From NCBI GenBank assembly GCA_024704765.1, contig JAKMXF010000122.1, positions 124,001 to 188,000 on the forward strand: a DNA stretch of 64,000 bases, in the 5' to 3' direction. The notes under the pieces are model-generated. The model was not told the DNA's origin. It searched no databases and saw only the letters and a list, made by a program, of their open reading frames with translations. This document shows, one piece after another, positions 13,495 to 26,459 of the stretch; within the stretch, counting starts at the first letter, position 1, and each line of letters starts with the position of its first letter. The position numbers and the translations under genes were made by a program. Source of the stretch: Oopsacas minuta. Taxonomy: Eukaryota > Animalia > Porifera.

Positions 13495-14827
13495 CAGGGG
13501 CATTCAATATATACTAATCACTGTATATTTTTAATGAAATAGCAGTTCTAAGCTTGTATTTCTCAGTGCGATTATATAGAACCATATTTCAACTTTCTAA
13601 CAAAACTTAGAGAGAGTTGATCACTTAATTATTTCCTAAGTTTCAGTTATTTTTAGAAACCTACATTTTCTCCTTTACATTTTTCATGGCTTCTTGTCCA
13701 AATTTTTCGAACTTGAACAACGAAAGTACATCAAATTTCGCACCATTCTCGAAATCTCTCCAAAGTCTATTCATGACGAGTTGGCAACGATATGTGGAGA
13801 AGATACTTTATGGTATTCAACTGTCAGAAGGTGGGTGAGCCTATTTAGGGAAGGTAGGACCTCTGTCCAAGACGCCCCTCGTCCTGGAGCACCAAAACTG
13901 GCGACCAACAATGACAAATTGAGTGAAGTAAAGGAATATGTCGCGTCTTTTCCGCATTCTTCGGTTGAGGAGGTAGCTAACTGTGTTGGCATTTCAACGG
14001 GAAGTGCACACACAATTCTGAACACGGATTTAGAACTGAGGAAGGTCCAAATGCGATGGATGCGACATTGCTTAACTTTTCCACAAAATGCCGCGAGACT
14101 CCAAATAGCTAAGGAAAACCTTGAGATCTATGAAGGGAGTGCCCCAGACGGTAAATAGAGATAGTAACAGGAGATGAAACATGGATACAATTCAAACCAC
14201 TGATCAGAAAGCAAGATGGCAGGGTATGGCTAAAGAAGGGAGAGGTACCCCCAGCTGTTTGTGTGTCCGACTTCCGTGCCCCGAGGTCTTGTACTGCATA
14301 TTATTCGATGACCTAGGTCCTGTAGCCCAAATCCCTGTTCCCAAAGGTCAGACACTCACAGGACAATTTTACGCAGATGTGGTGTTGCCTGAGGTCGAAA
14401 AACATTATCTTAAGCGTCGTCCAAAGACTGGAACTCGTGGTCTCAAAATTTTGCACGATAATGCTAGACCGCATAAATCTTTGGCTGTAAGGCAAAAAAT
14501 TAAAGATATGGATATGCACGAAGTTCCACATCCACATTACTCCCCTGATATAGCCCCATGTGACTTCTGGCTGTTTAGAAAACTCAAAGATAACGTCTCC
14601 GGATGCGAATTTGAGGATCGGCTCAGCCTTGGTCGGGCAATTTACAGATACCTTGAAGTCATTCCAAAGGATGAGTACAGAAAGACATTTGAAAATTGGA
14701 TTAAAAGGCTAAATTCAGTTGTAGCGTATAAAGGAGACTACTTTGAACATTCATAGCAAAAATTACCAACTTTACACAAGTATCTATAGTTTTAGATGGT
14801 ATGATTAGTATTTATTGAATGCCCCTT
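13495..14827 (+). mobile_element. Full-length mariner, copy 1 of family CAGGGGCATTCAAT; transposase disrupted
   Basis: TIR CAGGGGCATTCAATATATACTAATCA / TGATTAGTATTTATTGAATGCCCCT; ORFs 13694-14158 and 14181-14756 carry the HTH region, IVTGDETW (in the intermediate frame), HDNARPH and YSPDIAPCDF; two frameshifts and a stop near 14140-14290. Confidence 0.95.
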
Positions 14828-15059
14828 TTAGAAGGGTGTGTGAAATTGAACATATACAAAAAGCTTGTTGAACTCATTTTGCCATATCAACGATTATCGA
14901 TTTATGAGGATGTTGTCAATATACACTTATGATCCTTGTTCGATATTAAAATTCTCAGTAATTTTGTGTTGATGAATTGTATATATCAATAATACATATA
15001 TTTGGGTCAAACTTAACCTATTTCTTAATATCTGGCATCATAGAATTGCTATTAATATA

Positions 15060-16363
15060 CCGAGTGTTCAATAAGTTCGAGTAAACTATACAAAGCACTT
15101 ACAGTAGAGCTAATTTAACGTAACCACATACATACCTAGTGAATCCATACTTCCTAGCCAAATTTCAGGATTATAAGTGCTATACTCGATTTTTTGTAGC
15201 CAATTTTATAATCTTCACTTTCAATATTTTAATATTATGGAAAATTTGAATAAGAGAGATTTCCGTGCGATCATTTTCTACAATTTCAAACGTGGATTAA
15301 ACGTTGCGGATTGCAGTTGTGAGATGTTTTCTATCTTTGGGGATCAAAGTCCAACCCAATCCAACATCTACAAGTGGTATCGTCAATTCCGTTTGGGCCA
15401 CACATCCCTTGACGATGAGTCACGTTCAGGACGTCCAATTACGGCGGTCACTGAGGAGAATATCGACAAAGTATCGAAGCTAGTAACTGAGGATAGGCAA
15501 ATCACTGTCAGACAGTTAGCTTTCGAGGTTTCGGTCTCATCGGGGACAATAGAAACCATCTTACACCAACACCTTGGGCTAAAGAGGGTTTGTTCTAAGT
15601 TGGTCCCCTATTTATTAAATTTTGAGCAAAAAAATCGTCGACTAGAATTTTGTCGTTTTATGCTGCTAAAGTATTCCAAAAAAGATTCGCGACGCTGGTC
15701 AGAAGTCATAACTGGTGACGAGACATGGATCTATTATTACAACATTCAATCAAAGCAGCAGAGCTCAAAATGGATCTTTGAAGATGAGCAACCGGACACA
15801 ATTCCTAAGCAAACCAGGGTGGTCGACAAGCAAATGTTTGCTGTTTTCTTCTCTACAAGAGGGATAATAGAATATGTGATGCTTCCTGAGAAGCACACTG
15901 ATACTGCAACTTGGTACACTGAAAATTGTCTTCCGCAAGTGTTCCAAGCTGTCGAGAGGTTTTGTCCAAAGACTGGTCTTCGCGGAATGAAATTCCACCA
16001 TGACAATGCTCCAGCTCACACTGCACGAAAAACTAAGGATTATATCAAACAATCGGGGCTAGAATTGATCGATCATCCACCCTATAGCCCAGATCTAGCC
16101 CCCTGCGACTTCTGGTTGTTTCCTACTATAAAACGCCATCTAAAAGGTAGACGGTTTTATTCGGAAACAGAGCTGAGCGTCGCATTTTTGGATGCAATTG
16201 ACCTCATACCAGAAAGTCGCTACTCAAGACTATTTGACATGTGGTTAGAACGGTGTCAAAGGTGTATTGATGCTAATGGGGAGTATTTCGAACATTAGAA
16301 ATAGTACTTTTATATCTATCTGTACTGTAAGCATACTTTTGCTCGAACTTATTGAACACTCGG
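15060..16363 (+). mobile_element. Apparently intact DD34D mariner element (1304 bp)
   Basis: TIR CCGAGTGTTCAATAAGTTCGAG(T/C)AAA at both ends with 1 mismatch; TA on both sides; uninterrupted transposase ORF. Confidence 0.97.
15237..16298 (+). CDS. Mariner transposase, 353 aa, DD34D
   Basis: ATG at 15237 (MENLNKRDF...); motifs DDESRSGRP, TGDETW, HHDNAPAH and YSPDLAPCDF with 34 residues between D2 and D3; TAG at the conserved end YFEH*. Confidence 0.95.
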   Translation: MENLNKRDFRAIIFYNFKRGLNVADCSCEMFSIFGDQSPTQSNIYKWYRQFRLGHTSLDDESRSGRPITAVTEENIDKVSKLVTEDRQITVRQLAFEVSVSSGTIETILHQHLGLKRVCSKLVPYLLNFEQKNRRLEFCRFMLLKYSKKDSRRWSEVITGDETWIYYYNIQSKQQSSKWIFEDEQPDTIPKQTRVVDKQMFAVFFSTRGIIEYVMLPEKHTDTATWYTENCLPQVFQAVERFCPKTGLRGMKFHHDNAPAHTARKTKDYIKQSGLELIDHPPYSPDLAPCDFWLFPTIKRHLKGRRFYSETELSVAFLDAIDLIPESRYSRLFDMWLERCQRCIDANGEYFEH

Positions 16364-17559
16364 TATACCTTATCTCCATTTATCCCCACTCGAGGGAAAG
16401 TGGGTCAATGATTTTGCCTTATCTATTATTTACTATGGTCCAGCTATTTTGTAACACATATCCAACATCTCATATATTACTAGTGAATCGATGTGTTAAG
16501 GCTAAACATTAACATTTTTAGATAACTATGAAGTTTTCATTTCCCAACTTTGTAAACATGGCGAGTATACTTGATAGTCCAGTTGAGAAGCTCCATATAA
16601 TCGGTATACTGTGAAAATTCGTGATACTAACAAGAAATTTTGTTGAGAGATACTTGAGGACATTTGAATTCATATTTAGGCATAAGTTGTGCTTGATCCC
16701 TTCCCTAAGTCATAATTCTGGCACCTTAATGCCCCTTTGTCTGAAATTAGTGCGTATTTTCAGAGAAATGCATAACATTCCCAAATGCAGACTAATCTTA
16801 TTATATTGCGATACAGTATTGTATTCTTAGCAAATTGATGGGTCACATGATCCGATTCGCTCCACTTTTGAGAGTGAATGTGAAACATTCCCGCGTTGTC
16901 AAAGGGAATTTTTTCCAAACATGGTTATTTGACCGCTATAATGTAAGGAAATATTTAGTCTCTAATTTATTTTCTCTTCTAATATTAGTAGTCAGTATGA
17001 AATTTCCATTCATTCGCATGGAGATGTTTTGAAACATTGTCCTTGAAAATGCAGGAATGTAATGCATTCCACCTCAAAAATTCCGCGAATCAGTTTTTAT
17101 ATCTATTCTATTGTCCTAAATTACCATTATGCAAAATTGCATGTTACTATCACGGTTTGCATATATTTAGTGCGTATCCGCTGTACCATAAGTAAATACC
17201 AACAAATTCAAGCTTGGAGTATTTGCTTTGTTTCCAATTTTTATATAGCGACTATTAGCTTATTCGTCTATCCAACCCCCAAGCGGTAGACTCTACAATC
17301 ACATCTAATAAACTCTTAACAACCAAATTCGTTTTCAGCACTAAATTCCAGCAATGTGATCACTTGAACATAAGTATTCTTGTGTAATATTTGCAGACGA
17401 ACAGTATTCATCGGAGGTAGCATTCGATTTCAGTTAATTTAATCGCCATGTTTTAGCCGCCCCCTTTATTCGGTAAACCAACCCAGCCCTGTTCCTATTT
17501 TTACACTCACATATGTGTATTATTCCGTTGTCAAACAATTATATTTTGTTGTTAATTTT

Positions 17560-18234
17560 GAAGTTTGAGATATAATGTTTGACAGTGACACAACGGCGAG
17601 AGTTATGGAACAATTTTCTCTAATACTTTGGGCATGGTATTCGGTATACGATCAATCATTCTTTGCTTTTGGAATTGCAAGATTAACTATCTACAACTTT
17701 ATTACACTGTCACGAAGAGAAGCAATGTGGACAGAAATCCACAAGCTGGCCTATTTCTGAGAAAATTCCTTAAAGGGCCCAGCAGTATCTAAAGTGTCAA
17801 ATGGCTCGTATACTAGGTGTATCGAACCAAGAAATTGGTCGAAAATTCGAATTTTTGAATCTTATATTCGTGAGATTGCCAAAGAGAACGATCTTATGTC
17901 ACAAGTGTGAGAGAGCCTCTGACTAGAAATCTACAATCCCAAGCAAGCTATTGATGGCAAGTCTATATGTATTATGCGTAAGGAGTTTTCTTCTTTCTTG
18001 GGCAACACAAATTGAATGGATGATGACTCTTATTTCAGGCTGAAAGATGACAATGTTAATGCCAACCTGGGTTATTATGCTTCCAAAAGCTTCACATGAA
18101 ATCCCTGAATATTCCTTTCGTTTTACTCGTAAATCTATTTGCGCATCTAAATTTCTCTTATGGTTAGCGATTTCGCGAGAAGAGGCTTTGGAATCGTTCG
18201 TTTCTCCTCCGAATCTATCAATACATGGTGACAT
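17560..18234 (-). pseudogene. Unclassified decayed coding relic, possibly a transposase
   Basis: Protein-like frames with scattered stops: NPGWH*HCHLSA*NKSHHPFNLCCP...LAWDCRFLV and LDTAGPFKEFSQK*ASLWISVHIASLRDSV...NLAIPKAKND*SYTEYHAQSIRENC. Confidence 0.3.
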
Positions 18235-19616
18235 TTAGCGAAATCATGTGTAAATAGGGTCTTATCCCCTTCTTGAAATTTTCATCAAAAAAGAGATTCA
18301 TGCTCTGCCCTGATTAAGCCAGCATGCATTATGCAAAGGATATCCTGAAGCTATTATGTGAACTAAATATCTCGTGTATTCCGAAATCTCCTAACCCCCA
18401 AACATAAATTTTAACATTCAATTTATTCTAGTGAATAATTCAAATATTCCAGTTTTTGTTATGTTGGGGTCATATTTTTCATGACTATTATCATTACTTG
18501 ATATATTTTCGAATAAATCATTAAACCTTGTGATGACCAGCTTTTGGTGTTTGGTGGGTAGGATCTATGATAGTCTAGCATGGTATTGTATATCTAGCAA
18601 AATGGAAACTTTACTATCTCGCTAGTTCAGTTTCACGAATACATTCTTTACAAACATAGTTTCCAAGTCTCACTGATCCAAATTAGACTCACGGTTTGAA
18701 TGTAATCTCACTTTCATTATACGTACATATCAAGCCGAACTAATCTACAATCCGAAGGCTTTACTGTTTACTAATAGATGCATGGTTTCTGGATGTAAGC
18801 TTTTAGACTACTATATCAAACAGATAGGAAAGTAGCCGAGTAACGGTTAAACAAAGGGAGGCCATTTAATTATATCTCATAAAAGTTAAATTTACTCTTT
18901 AAAATTTGTGAAATAATCTTTTTTAGCGTTAGAAAATGCAAGGAATCAGTCAAGACTACCTAAAAAGTTCAAACGGCCAACCTTCATCTCGTTTAGGCAC
19001 CATTTATGCAATTGCGTTAGCATTTATATTTTTTGACTATTTTCTCAAATATTTTTGTAAAAGATCTATTTTATTTTATTTTATTTTATGCAAATATTGT
19101 TTGAATTCGTAAATGTACTTCACACTCAAGTTGAACCATATTTTCAAGATAGTCTATCGGAAGAAAAATTTCTGAATTATACCATTGACATGAAAATAAT
19201 CTATTTTTCAAAATAAATATGAATATTCAAAAATATGATATAAAGATGTGATCCGAATTTTATTCTAAAGAAAATGTTCTAATTATTTATACCATATGAA
19301 TAAATTGAGGACATTAATTCATGAAATATACGAATTTCAAAAGTAAAATATCTATTTTTGATGAGCATTCGTGTCAATTTTGAGGTCGTGATTTGAATGT
19401 GCCTAAACGAGATGAAAGATGACCGTTTGAACTTTTTAGGTAGTCTTAACTGATTCCTCACATTTTCTAACCCTAACAAAAGATCATTTCACAAATTTGG
19501 TGGGTTAATTTAGCTTTTATGAGATTTATAAAATGGCCTCTCTTTTATTCGTGGCTCGGCTACTTTCCTAACTGTATGATATAGTAGTCTATGGCTCATT
19601 TTACAGATTCAAAGTA

Positions 19617-20081
19617 CAGTGGAACTTCCCCCTCCGTAATCCGGAATTCCCCTAAACCGACCATATTACTGTTGGCTGATCATTTTGTATATAAAACAAA
19701 CTCAATCCAGAGCCCTCTATGTAATGCTAGTCGATTAATGTAAATTAGACCTGTATAATTCGATATTTTTCAGAACATGTCGGATCATGGAGGTTTTTTA
19801 CCCCTTAATCCGATATTATACATAGTTTACTATACTGAATCTAATTTGCTGTCAGTATAATATTTCACAACCATAAAACTTGCATTTTAAGCCTTTATGA
19901 TCGGACAAATTTTTTCGTTTTCTATTAATGTTGGATTATAGAGATTATTTAATTCTATAATCCGACATTTTGCTCGTTTGCGGCAATGTCAGATTACGCA
20001 GATTACTTCATAATCGAACAATTTGGTAATCATATCTTTTTTTCGTCTCTCATTGAGTGTCGGATTATGGAAGTTCCACTC
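19617..20081. mobile_element. pogo/Tc1-type MITE with subterminal TAATCCGAC repeats
   Basis: TA|CAGTGGAACTTCC ... GGAAGTTCCACTC|TA; multiple internal TAATCCGA(C/T)A / TGTCGGATTA copies in both orientations. Confidence 0.7.
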
Positions 20082-22820
20082 TAATGATATCCTACATGAG
20101 AAAATATTCTATCCAGTTGAACAAGCATAACCCTACAACTGTATTATGAATGACAATCCGACAGCATCCTGATATGTTACCCTAAATCTTGTCAATCCGA
20201 CACTATTTCCAGCCCCTAATGGGTATCAGATCCTTTGGGGTTATTTAGTAATTTAGAAGTATTTGTAAATTATTTTCAGCTTTATTGAGGCATTCATTCT
20301 TCTAAAGATTTTTCCCTATAGTTCATCCAGAGATTCCAACCCTCATTATCGTTATTCACCTTCATATTATGCATATGATCTGGTTCAGGCAGCCTAGAAT
20401 AATCGTTCTAGAGCCTTTTCTATGTATTTTATTGAAATTATCGTATTTTCTTTTCTAAAGTAATGAGTTTAGTATTTCAACTGACATATTAATCACTTTA
20501 TGAATAAGTTTGTATCATGAATGTCTTTCTTTTCCTATTTACCTGTGGTTATTTTAAACATTATATCGCTAAAGGCACCAAACGATCCTCAATTTCAGAT
20601 CCTGTTCTTTGGGTGGGTATGGCTATATAATTTAGTGTATATATTACATTGGAGGTCTGCGACTAAATATCAGAGAAACTCTACTATATTGTATTATTAC
20701 TAGAATTTTTCGGTCAATAAGGAACTCCTCTATAATTGACTCAATTACCTGAAACATATTTAGCGAAGTTAACCTTATCTTAATTTCTACATTTCTGTTC
20801 TATATTATAGATCATTCTACTTTATAGATGCATATCATATCCATCTCTTGAAAGCAATCAAGTTTGGAATACTGTGAATCCATCTCATCCCAACTACCCA
20901 CAAGTCGCTAAGAATATCATGTATTGTACAAAGTAAGTTCTTAAACTCTGGTGCAATAATAATTTTTCAATATTTTAATTGACGTTATTCATTATCTAAA
21001 CTGGGTATAGTAGTGTACGGTAATTATTACATTTGTATTCAGGTTGTTTTCATATTGTACAAACATCTGTAATTCATATGAGTGGGAACTTATATTCATA
21101 ATTGAATGTATAACATATATGTAGAATATCATGTCTCCAAACCTAAAAAGCAATAAAAATGTCAAATTGTGCAAATTTCATTCCTTTGTAAGCATTAGTA
21201 GGAAATAATGGCTCATTCATTGAACAATAAATATCGCATCGTTGAATTCAGATGTAATTTACGAAGTGATGTAACGATTCTTTTGTAAAATATTTATAAT
21301 TATTGTCATGATAAATTTGTCAGGTCCTTGAATTCCAGTAGTGACTATTGATGGCAATTATTTGTCAATATTCATTTATATGTCAAAAACTCTTAATGCT
21401 CTATCAAAACTCATAATTGTCAATTTGAATATATACCTGGTTTGCCATATATTATCATCCATTTTGAAATGATTCTCCTATGACACTGGCGCTATTTTGA
21501 TTATTATCATATATGGAGTTATTGATAACTGTGTAAAAGTCCTTTAGATGTCATCTCAAAATGTTTTATAAAGATGGTAAATCGACTTTTCCCACTTGAG
21601 TGAAACACATTTGGCGAAACCCGTTTGAGTGAACTCATTTGAGCGAAGTCCTAAATGAGCGACCACTTCTTTTAGCAGATCCACAATATGACAAAAGCCA
21701 ATAAGGAGTGGAATTATCCATGACTGTGAAAATATCAACAATAGAAGTGTGTTAACTCAGCAAATTCAATACTATTCACAATTTCACAAAGAATGTGGAT
21801 TAGTTTCTACTCAGAATAGCGCATAATGTATCTCAACCCACAAGTATTTCACTATAACAGAGTATATAGTATTTAACCCACTTCTAAAATAATAATAGAC
21901 AATTGTTTTTCATATTTCTTCAGGTTTTGTTCTTAATATAAGTAATCTATTAACCAAATGATCCATTATTTTCCTTATACTACATTGCATTTCTATATTC
22001 GCTGTTTTGTGGGTTCGCTAAAAGAAACGGTCGTTCATTTATGACTTAGCTTCAATGAGTTCGCTTAAATGCGTTGCAATCAAGTGGGGACGAATCGGTA
22101 AATTGAGTATATGCTATAAATCGGCAAGAGCGAGTTGTGTTAAAAGCATCTTTACATTATTTCGTATATTAGCTTTGAAATCTAAGGTGCAATATCTACC
22201 GTTTTACATCTCACCAAAGAATACCCATTTCTCCAACTAGTGCCTACAATGTGAAGAAATTTTGCGGATTTTGAAAATTTGTTGCTTTTTTGTTTGGAGA
22301 CATGTTATTCTACATATCTATATACATTTACTTGGGAACTATAGTTCTTTTGTTCTATATGAAACCCTATTTTAACAAATACAATATTTACATTACTATA
22401 TTTATCCCTGGTCCATCTGATGGGATTTCTTATGTTGAGAAGGCTACGGCTAGACTTAAATAGTTATTTTGTTGAATATATTCGGACACATGATGTTTGC
22501 ATATTTTGGCCCCCCGGCCGCAACTGGTCCCGGACTATTTTCTGTAAATTGACATTTTACGCTCATTTTGGTCCCTTAGCAGAAAATTGTTCCCCCATTT
22601 CTGTATTCATAATTGCTGTCATGAATTTTGATTAAGCATCACGTCTTTGTTGTAGTAGTAAGTGTTGCTTACTTGCTATTTTGCGATGGCAGCACTATCC
22701 ACATATAGCTATAGCCAAAGTGTTCAATTAATACTATTTTGTATATATATATTTGCATTTTGACCTGTCACCATTTATAGTAAAATTCACATATATTCAT
22801 TAAAATTTCAATCACTTTGA

Positions 22821-23990
22821 ATGGATCCTAATGAGTATTATATTACCCAAAACTATTTGAGGCTATCATCTAACCCTGTTTGTTCAGACAGAGTGGCCAA
22901 AAGACTCATACGTACTAGGCTTCTTCTTATAAGATTAAATCTGGAAAATTGTTCTAACCTAAAGAGAATTCTTTACCTCTTTTCATTAAAGTTGGTAAAT
23001 TATCTGATGAATTAAGAGATTTCACTACAATGATGCTCATCAGTTTTTTCGTTAGTCATATTGTATAGCAAAGGATAGCTACTATTGGCCAAAATTGTAC
23101 TTTGAAATACAAAACTACATTAATAATGGTGTTGGATGTCAGAAAGGTCTTTTATGTATAAAAGTATTACAAAACCTTTGCATCCACTCCCTATCATAAC
23201 CCAAGTATTATTTAGGGTGGCATGGACTTAACAGGCCCCTTCGTCCAATCGCAAGGATTCATATACATTCTCACTTTTATAGACCATGTCACAAAATGGA
23301 TCAAAACTCGAGCTCATAATCTAAAGATGCTAAAGAAATAGCAAAGAGGGTTTTCAATTTATTTCCGACAAGATGCTATCCTGCAAAAGTAAGTTGACAA
23401 TCGTTCCGAACTCACAGATATTCTATCTAAAACTTTACAAGAAGTACATGATTGTAAGCTTTTCTGCATCTATAGACACAGGTGGTATTGTGTAACTTGA
23501 CCAAAGGCCATCAAAAGAGCTCTAAGTTAATCAATCAATCAGATAAAGGAAGATTTGTTCCATTATTTAGATCAAGTAACTATAAGTTTGACATTCGACC
23601 GCGTGAAACCTCTGGTTATTCGGCTTTCGAATTGATGCATGGTAGCCAAAACACCCCCTCTCGAACTAAGTAGAAAAATTTCATTCCTCTATCCTTATTC
23701 AAATTGATAGCGCATCCGTGAAATCACTTATTTTTGAAGCGAGGACTTTGGAGAATTAGTTCAAGGACTGATAGATGAACAAATTGTATCTTTTAACTGT
23801 CCGGAGAGTACCTCATTAAATCTAAAAGGAGATGAAAAAACAAATAGATAAACAAGTAAATCTGATATACAGAGATTTTCATATTAATGATGAAGTGTTA
23901 ATGCGAAATTTATCCACTAAGAAGAGCAAAGGAGAAAACTTTATGATAAGTGGGTAGGACCATTTCCTATTACAAAGATACAATAGTTTA
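22821..23990 (+). pseudogene. Gypsy-type (Ginger1/GIN-like) integrase relic
   Basis: KDSYYWPKLYFEIQNYINNGVGCQK (zinc finger, ~23070-23145), KPLHPLPI, GMDLTGPF...YILTFIDHVTKW (~23220-23300), VDNRSEL, RETSGYSAFELMHG (ORF 23482-23673) and WVGPF (GPY/F motif, ~23950); I recognised no RT/RNaseH upstream. Confidence 0.75.
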
Positions 23991-24161
23991 ATTCCAACTC
24001 CCTACAAATATAGAAGGGTACAGTTAATAATTTTCTAATGTTAAGAAATATGGAGAAGTCATAGTACAATTGCTGATAAATCTGACATCCAGAAGAATAT
24101 TTCAATTCTACAGAATATTCTGTTTTACATGAAGATTTCTTAACAACAATATCGTATATAG

Positions 24162-24873
24162 CAGGGGTTCTTAACCAGGGGAGCGTGGCATTTGATTTCG
24201 AATTTTGCATTTTGATTTTTTCAAGTGTATAAATCATTAAATTTTTACTTGTCTAGTACTTAAATTTGAAGCTTGGTGCCTCGAATATCGTCCATGATGT
24301 GAATTTAGATTCTGATTTTAAAAGGGACAAATAACCACCTCGTTTACAGTGTGTATATATATCAGAAATCCTTTTCTCACAGATGTGAGTAATGTTCCTG
24401 AGGTCTTGCAAGAAGAGTTTTTAGACAGGAAGTATAACTCCTCTGCAATGGATGATTTTAACTATCTATCATTGGAGAAGTTCTGGGTTAAGTATTTGCC
24501 AATGTACCTTGATCTCAGCCAGCTAGCATTGGTGTCCTCGTACAATTTTCCTCAACCAATCTCTGTGATACAAGACTTTCAACATTAGTGCTCATTAAGA
24601 GTAAATATCGAAGCAGGATGTTTGTAGAAGCTGACCTACGTTGTGCCCTCTCAGAAACAGCTCCAAGGATTAAAAACATTGTTGCTAAAAAACAGATTCA
24701 ACAATCACATTGAATAATTTACCTCATCAGTTAATTAGACACTCGATTGGTCAAAGCAGTATCCTTATAGTGAAATACATATGTAATAACAAATAGATTT
24801 CAAAGTCAAGGTGGTATAATCATTTAATGGTTATAAAAGGGGGGCGTAAGGACAAAAAAGTTAAGAACCCCAG
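24162..24873 (+). mobile_element. Buster-type hAT deletion derivative retaining the transposase C-terminus
   Basis: TIRs CAGGGGTTCTTAAC / GTTAAGAACCCCAG; perfect 8-bp TSD GTATATAG (24154-61, 24874-81) with central TA; YIRNPF...LEKFWVKYLPMY and LIKSKYRSR...ADLRCALSETAPRIKNIVAKKQIQQSH* match ZBED5/Buster C-termini. Confidence 0.93.
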
Positions 24874-25728
24874 GTATATAGGGACTAAGAACTTGTTTTT
24901 GCAACTTAAGAACAACATAACAGAAGAACTAAGGCCAATATGATGGATAACTCTTTTTTCTGAAGAGCACAGAGTAATCGAGCCCATTCGAACTAATTCT
25001 CCACTTCCTCCCCCAATGAAGAACTCCACAAGAGTCGTGATATGCATTACAAAGATTTACTATGAGCCTTGTGCATAGGTGGCGCGTGAAATTACCGTAT
25101 GGGAGGCTATGTAATTATTAGTTGATACACCAAAGCGCCCATTGCCAAAGGTACTGAGCACTCCCTGGAGTAATTTGAGCTCACTAAATCGTTTTGCTAA
25201 ATTCTATCGATATTAAACCATATATGATTATTTATTTCTTTATTTGATATTCTAGGAAATATTCTGTGGATGTGTGGAATAAACTATACTTCTTTTAGCA
25301 TTATTATTTGACTAAGTATACTTTGTGAAGGGAATGATCGTAGTGCTACCATTGAAAATTTCTTTTGTTTTATATTTACCTTGAAAATTTTCTAATGAAA
25401 TTTGATTTGAAAATATAGATAGACGAATCCCTTGATTTTAAATTTTATTTACATGAATTTGGGTTAATCAGTCCTTTGAAAATATCTATTTTAGTATTAC
25501 AAAGCATTGCGATATAATCCCAGGGTTTCTAAAATATTCATATATTGGATAATTTTCATCCTCCTTCAAAATTACTTTAGGGTACGCGCCCCTTTCCATA
25601 AATAGATATATAAACTGCAATTCCCAAGCCCATTGGCACTCCCAAGTGTTAGGGCCTATATAATTGTATATCTGCCCCATCAGAACTTTGGTTGTATATC
25701 TCACATATATTCATTACTTTTACTTGAT

Positions 25729-26459
25729 CAGCGTTTCTTAACCTGGGGTGCTGAAATCGATTTTAGAGGGTGCTGGATAAGGATTCTACTATGTACTGTA
25801 CGATATTTTTGTTTAGATTCTAGATAACATTTCAGGCTGGCAGATGCTTCAGGATAAATATCGAAACATTCAGCTGTCTTTACTAAATATAGTAATGTCT
25901 GGCTATAAATTAGTTGTATTTAACCTATATTCCTTTCTGTGTTACTTACTTGAGTTATTTTCTGTAAAACATTTGTGATAGGGAATAATTATACTGGTAT
26001 GGAATCCAGTTCCATGGAACTGAACCTCCATATAAGGAAATCGGTATTTACAACGGACCCATAAGCTGAAAAATAAAACTGTGCGTAAAGTAAAACCGGT
26101 TCAGTTCCATGAAACTGGATTCCAGATGGGTATTTTTGTGATTCAGGTATCAGTAAATTCTGAAATGTCAAAAATACGCAAGTGGAGTGATGAATATGTG
26201 AAATATGGTTTCTCTGCCCTCCTGAATATTCGTGGAGGTATGCTCGTGATATCTAAAGTTAATTTTCTTCCTGATTGAATTGGATTTTTAATGGAGTAAT
26301 TTACGTAAATACAATCAACTATGAAACAGTGCATTACTTGTCTTATTTCATCCTTGTTACAGAGGGGCACTGTAATACTTGTAGTTCCATGTAAGGGGTG
26401 CTGAATTGGTAAGACTGATTACAGGGGCTGCTGAGGTATGAAAAGGTTAAGAAAAGCTG
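25729..26459 (+). mobile_element. Buster-type hAT deletion derivative retaining the transposase N-terminus
   Basis: TIRs CAGCGTTTCTTAACCT / AGGTTAAGAAAAGCTG; TSD TACTTGAT vs TATTTGAT (7/8); MSKIRKWSDEYVKYGFS at ~26165 is a typical Buster start. Confidence 0.85.
25994..26130. repeat. Short TA-flanked inverted repeat (probable MITE) nested in the Buster derivative
   Basis: TGGAATCCAGTTCCATGGAACTGAACC (26000-26026) pairs with GGTTCAGTTCCATGAAACTGGATTCCA (26098-26124) with 1 mismatch. Confidence 0.55.

Noticed and set aside
13771-16052. ORFs 13771-14025, 14313-14537, 15746-16006 and 15765-16052 (also 29228-29584, 29872-30129, 41682-41867, 42339-42613, 53185-53412)
   Set aside because: Antisense shadows of transposase coding sequence.
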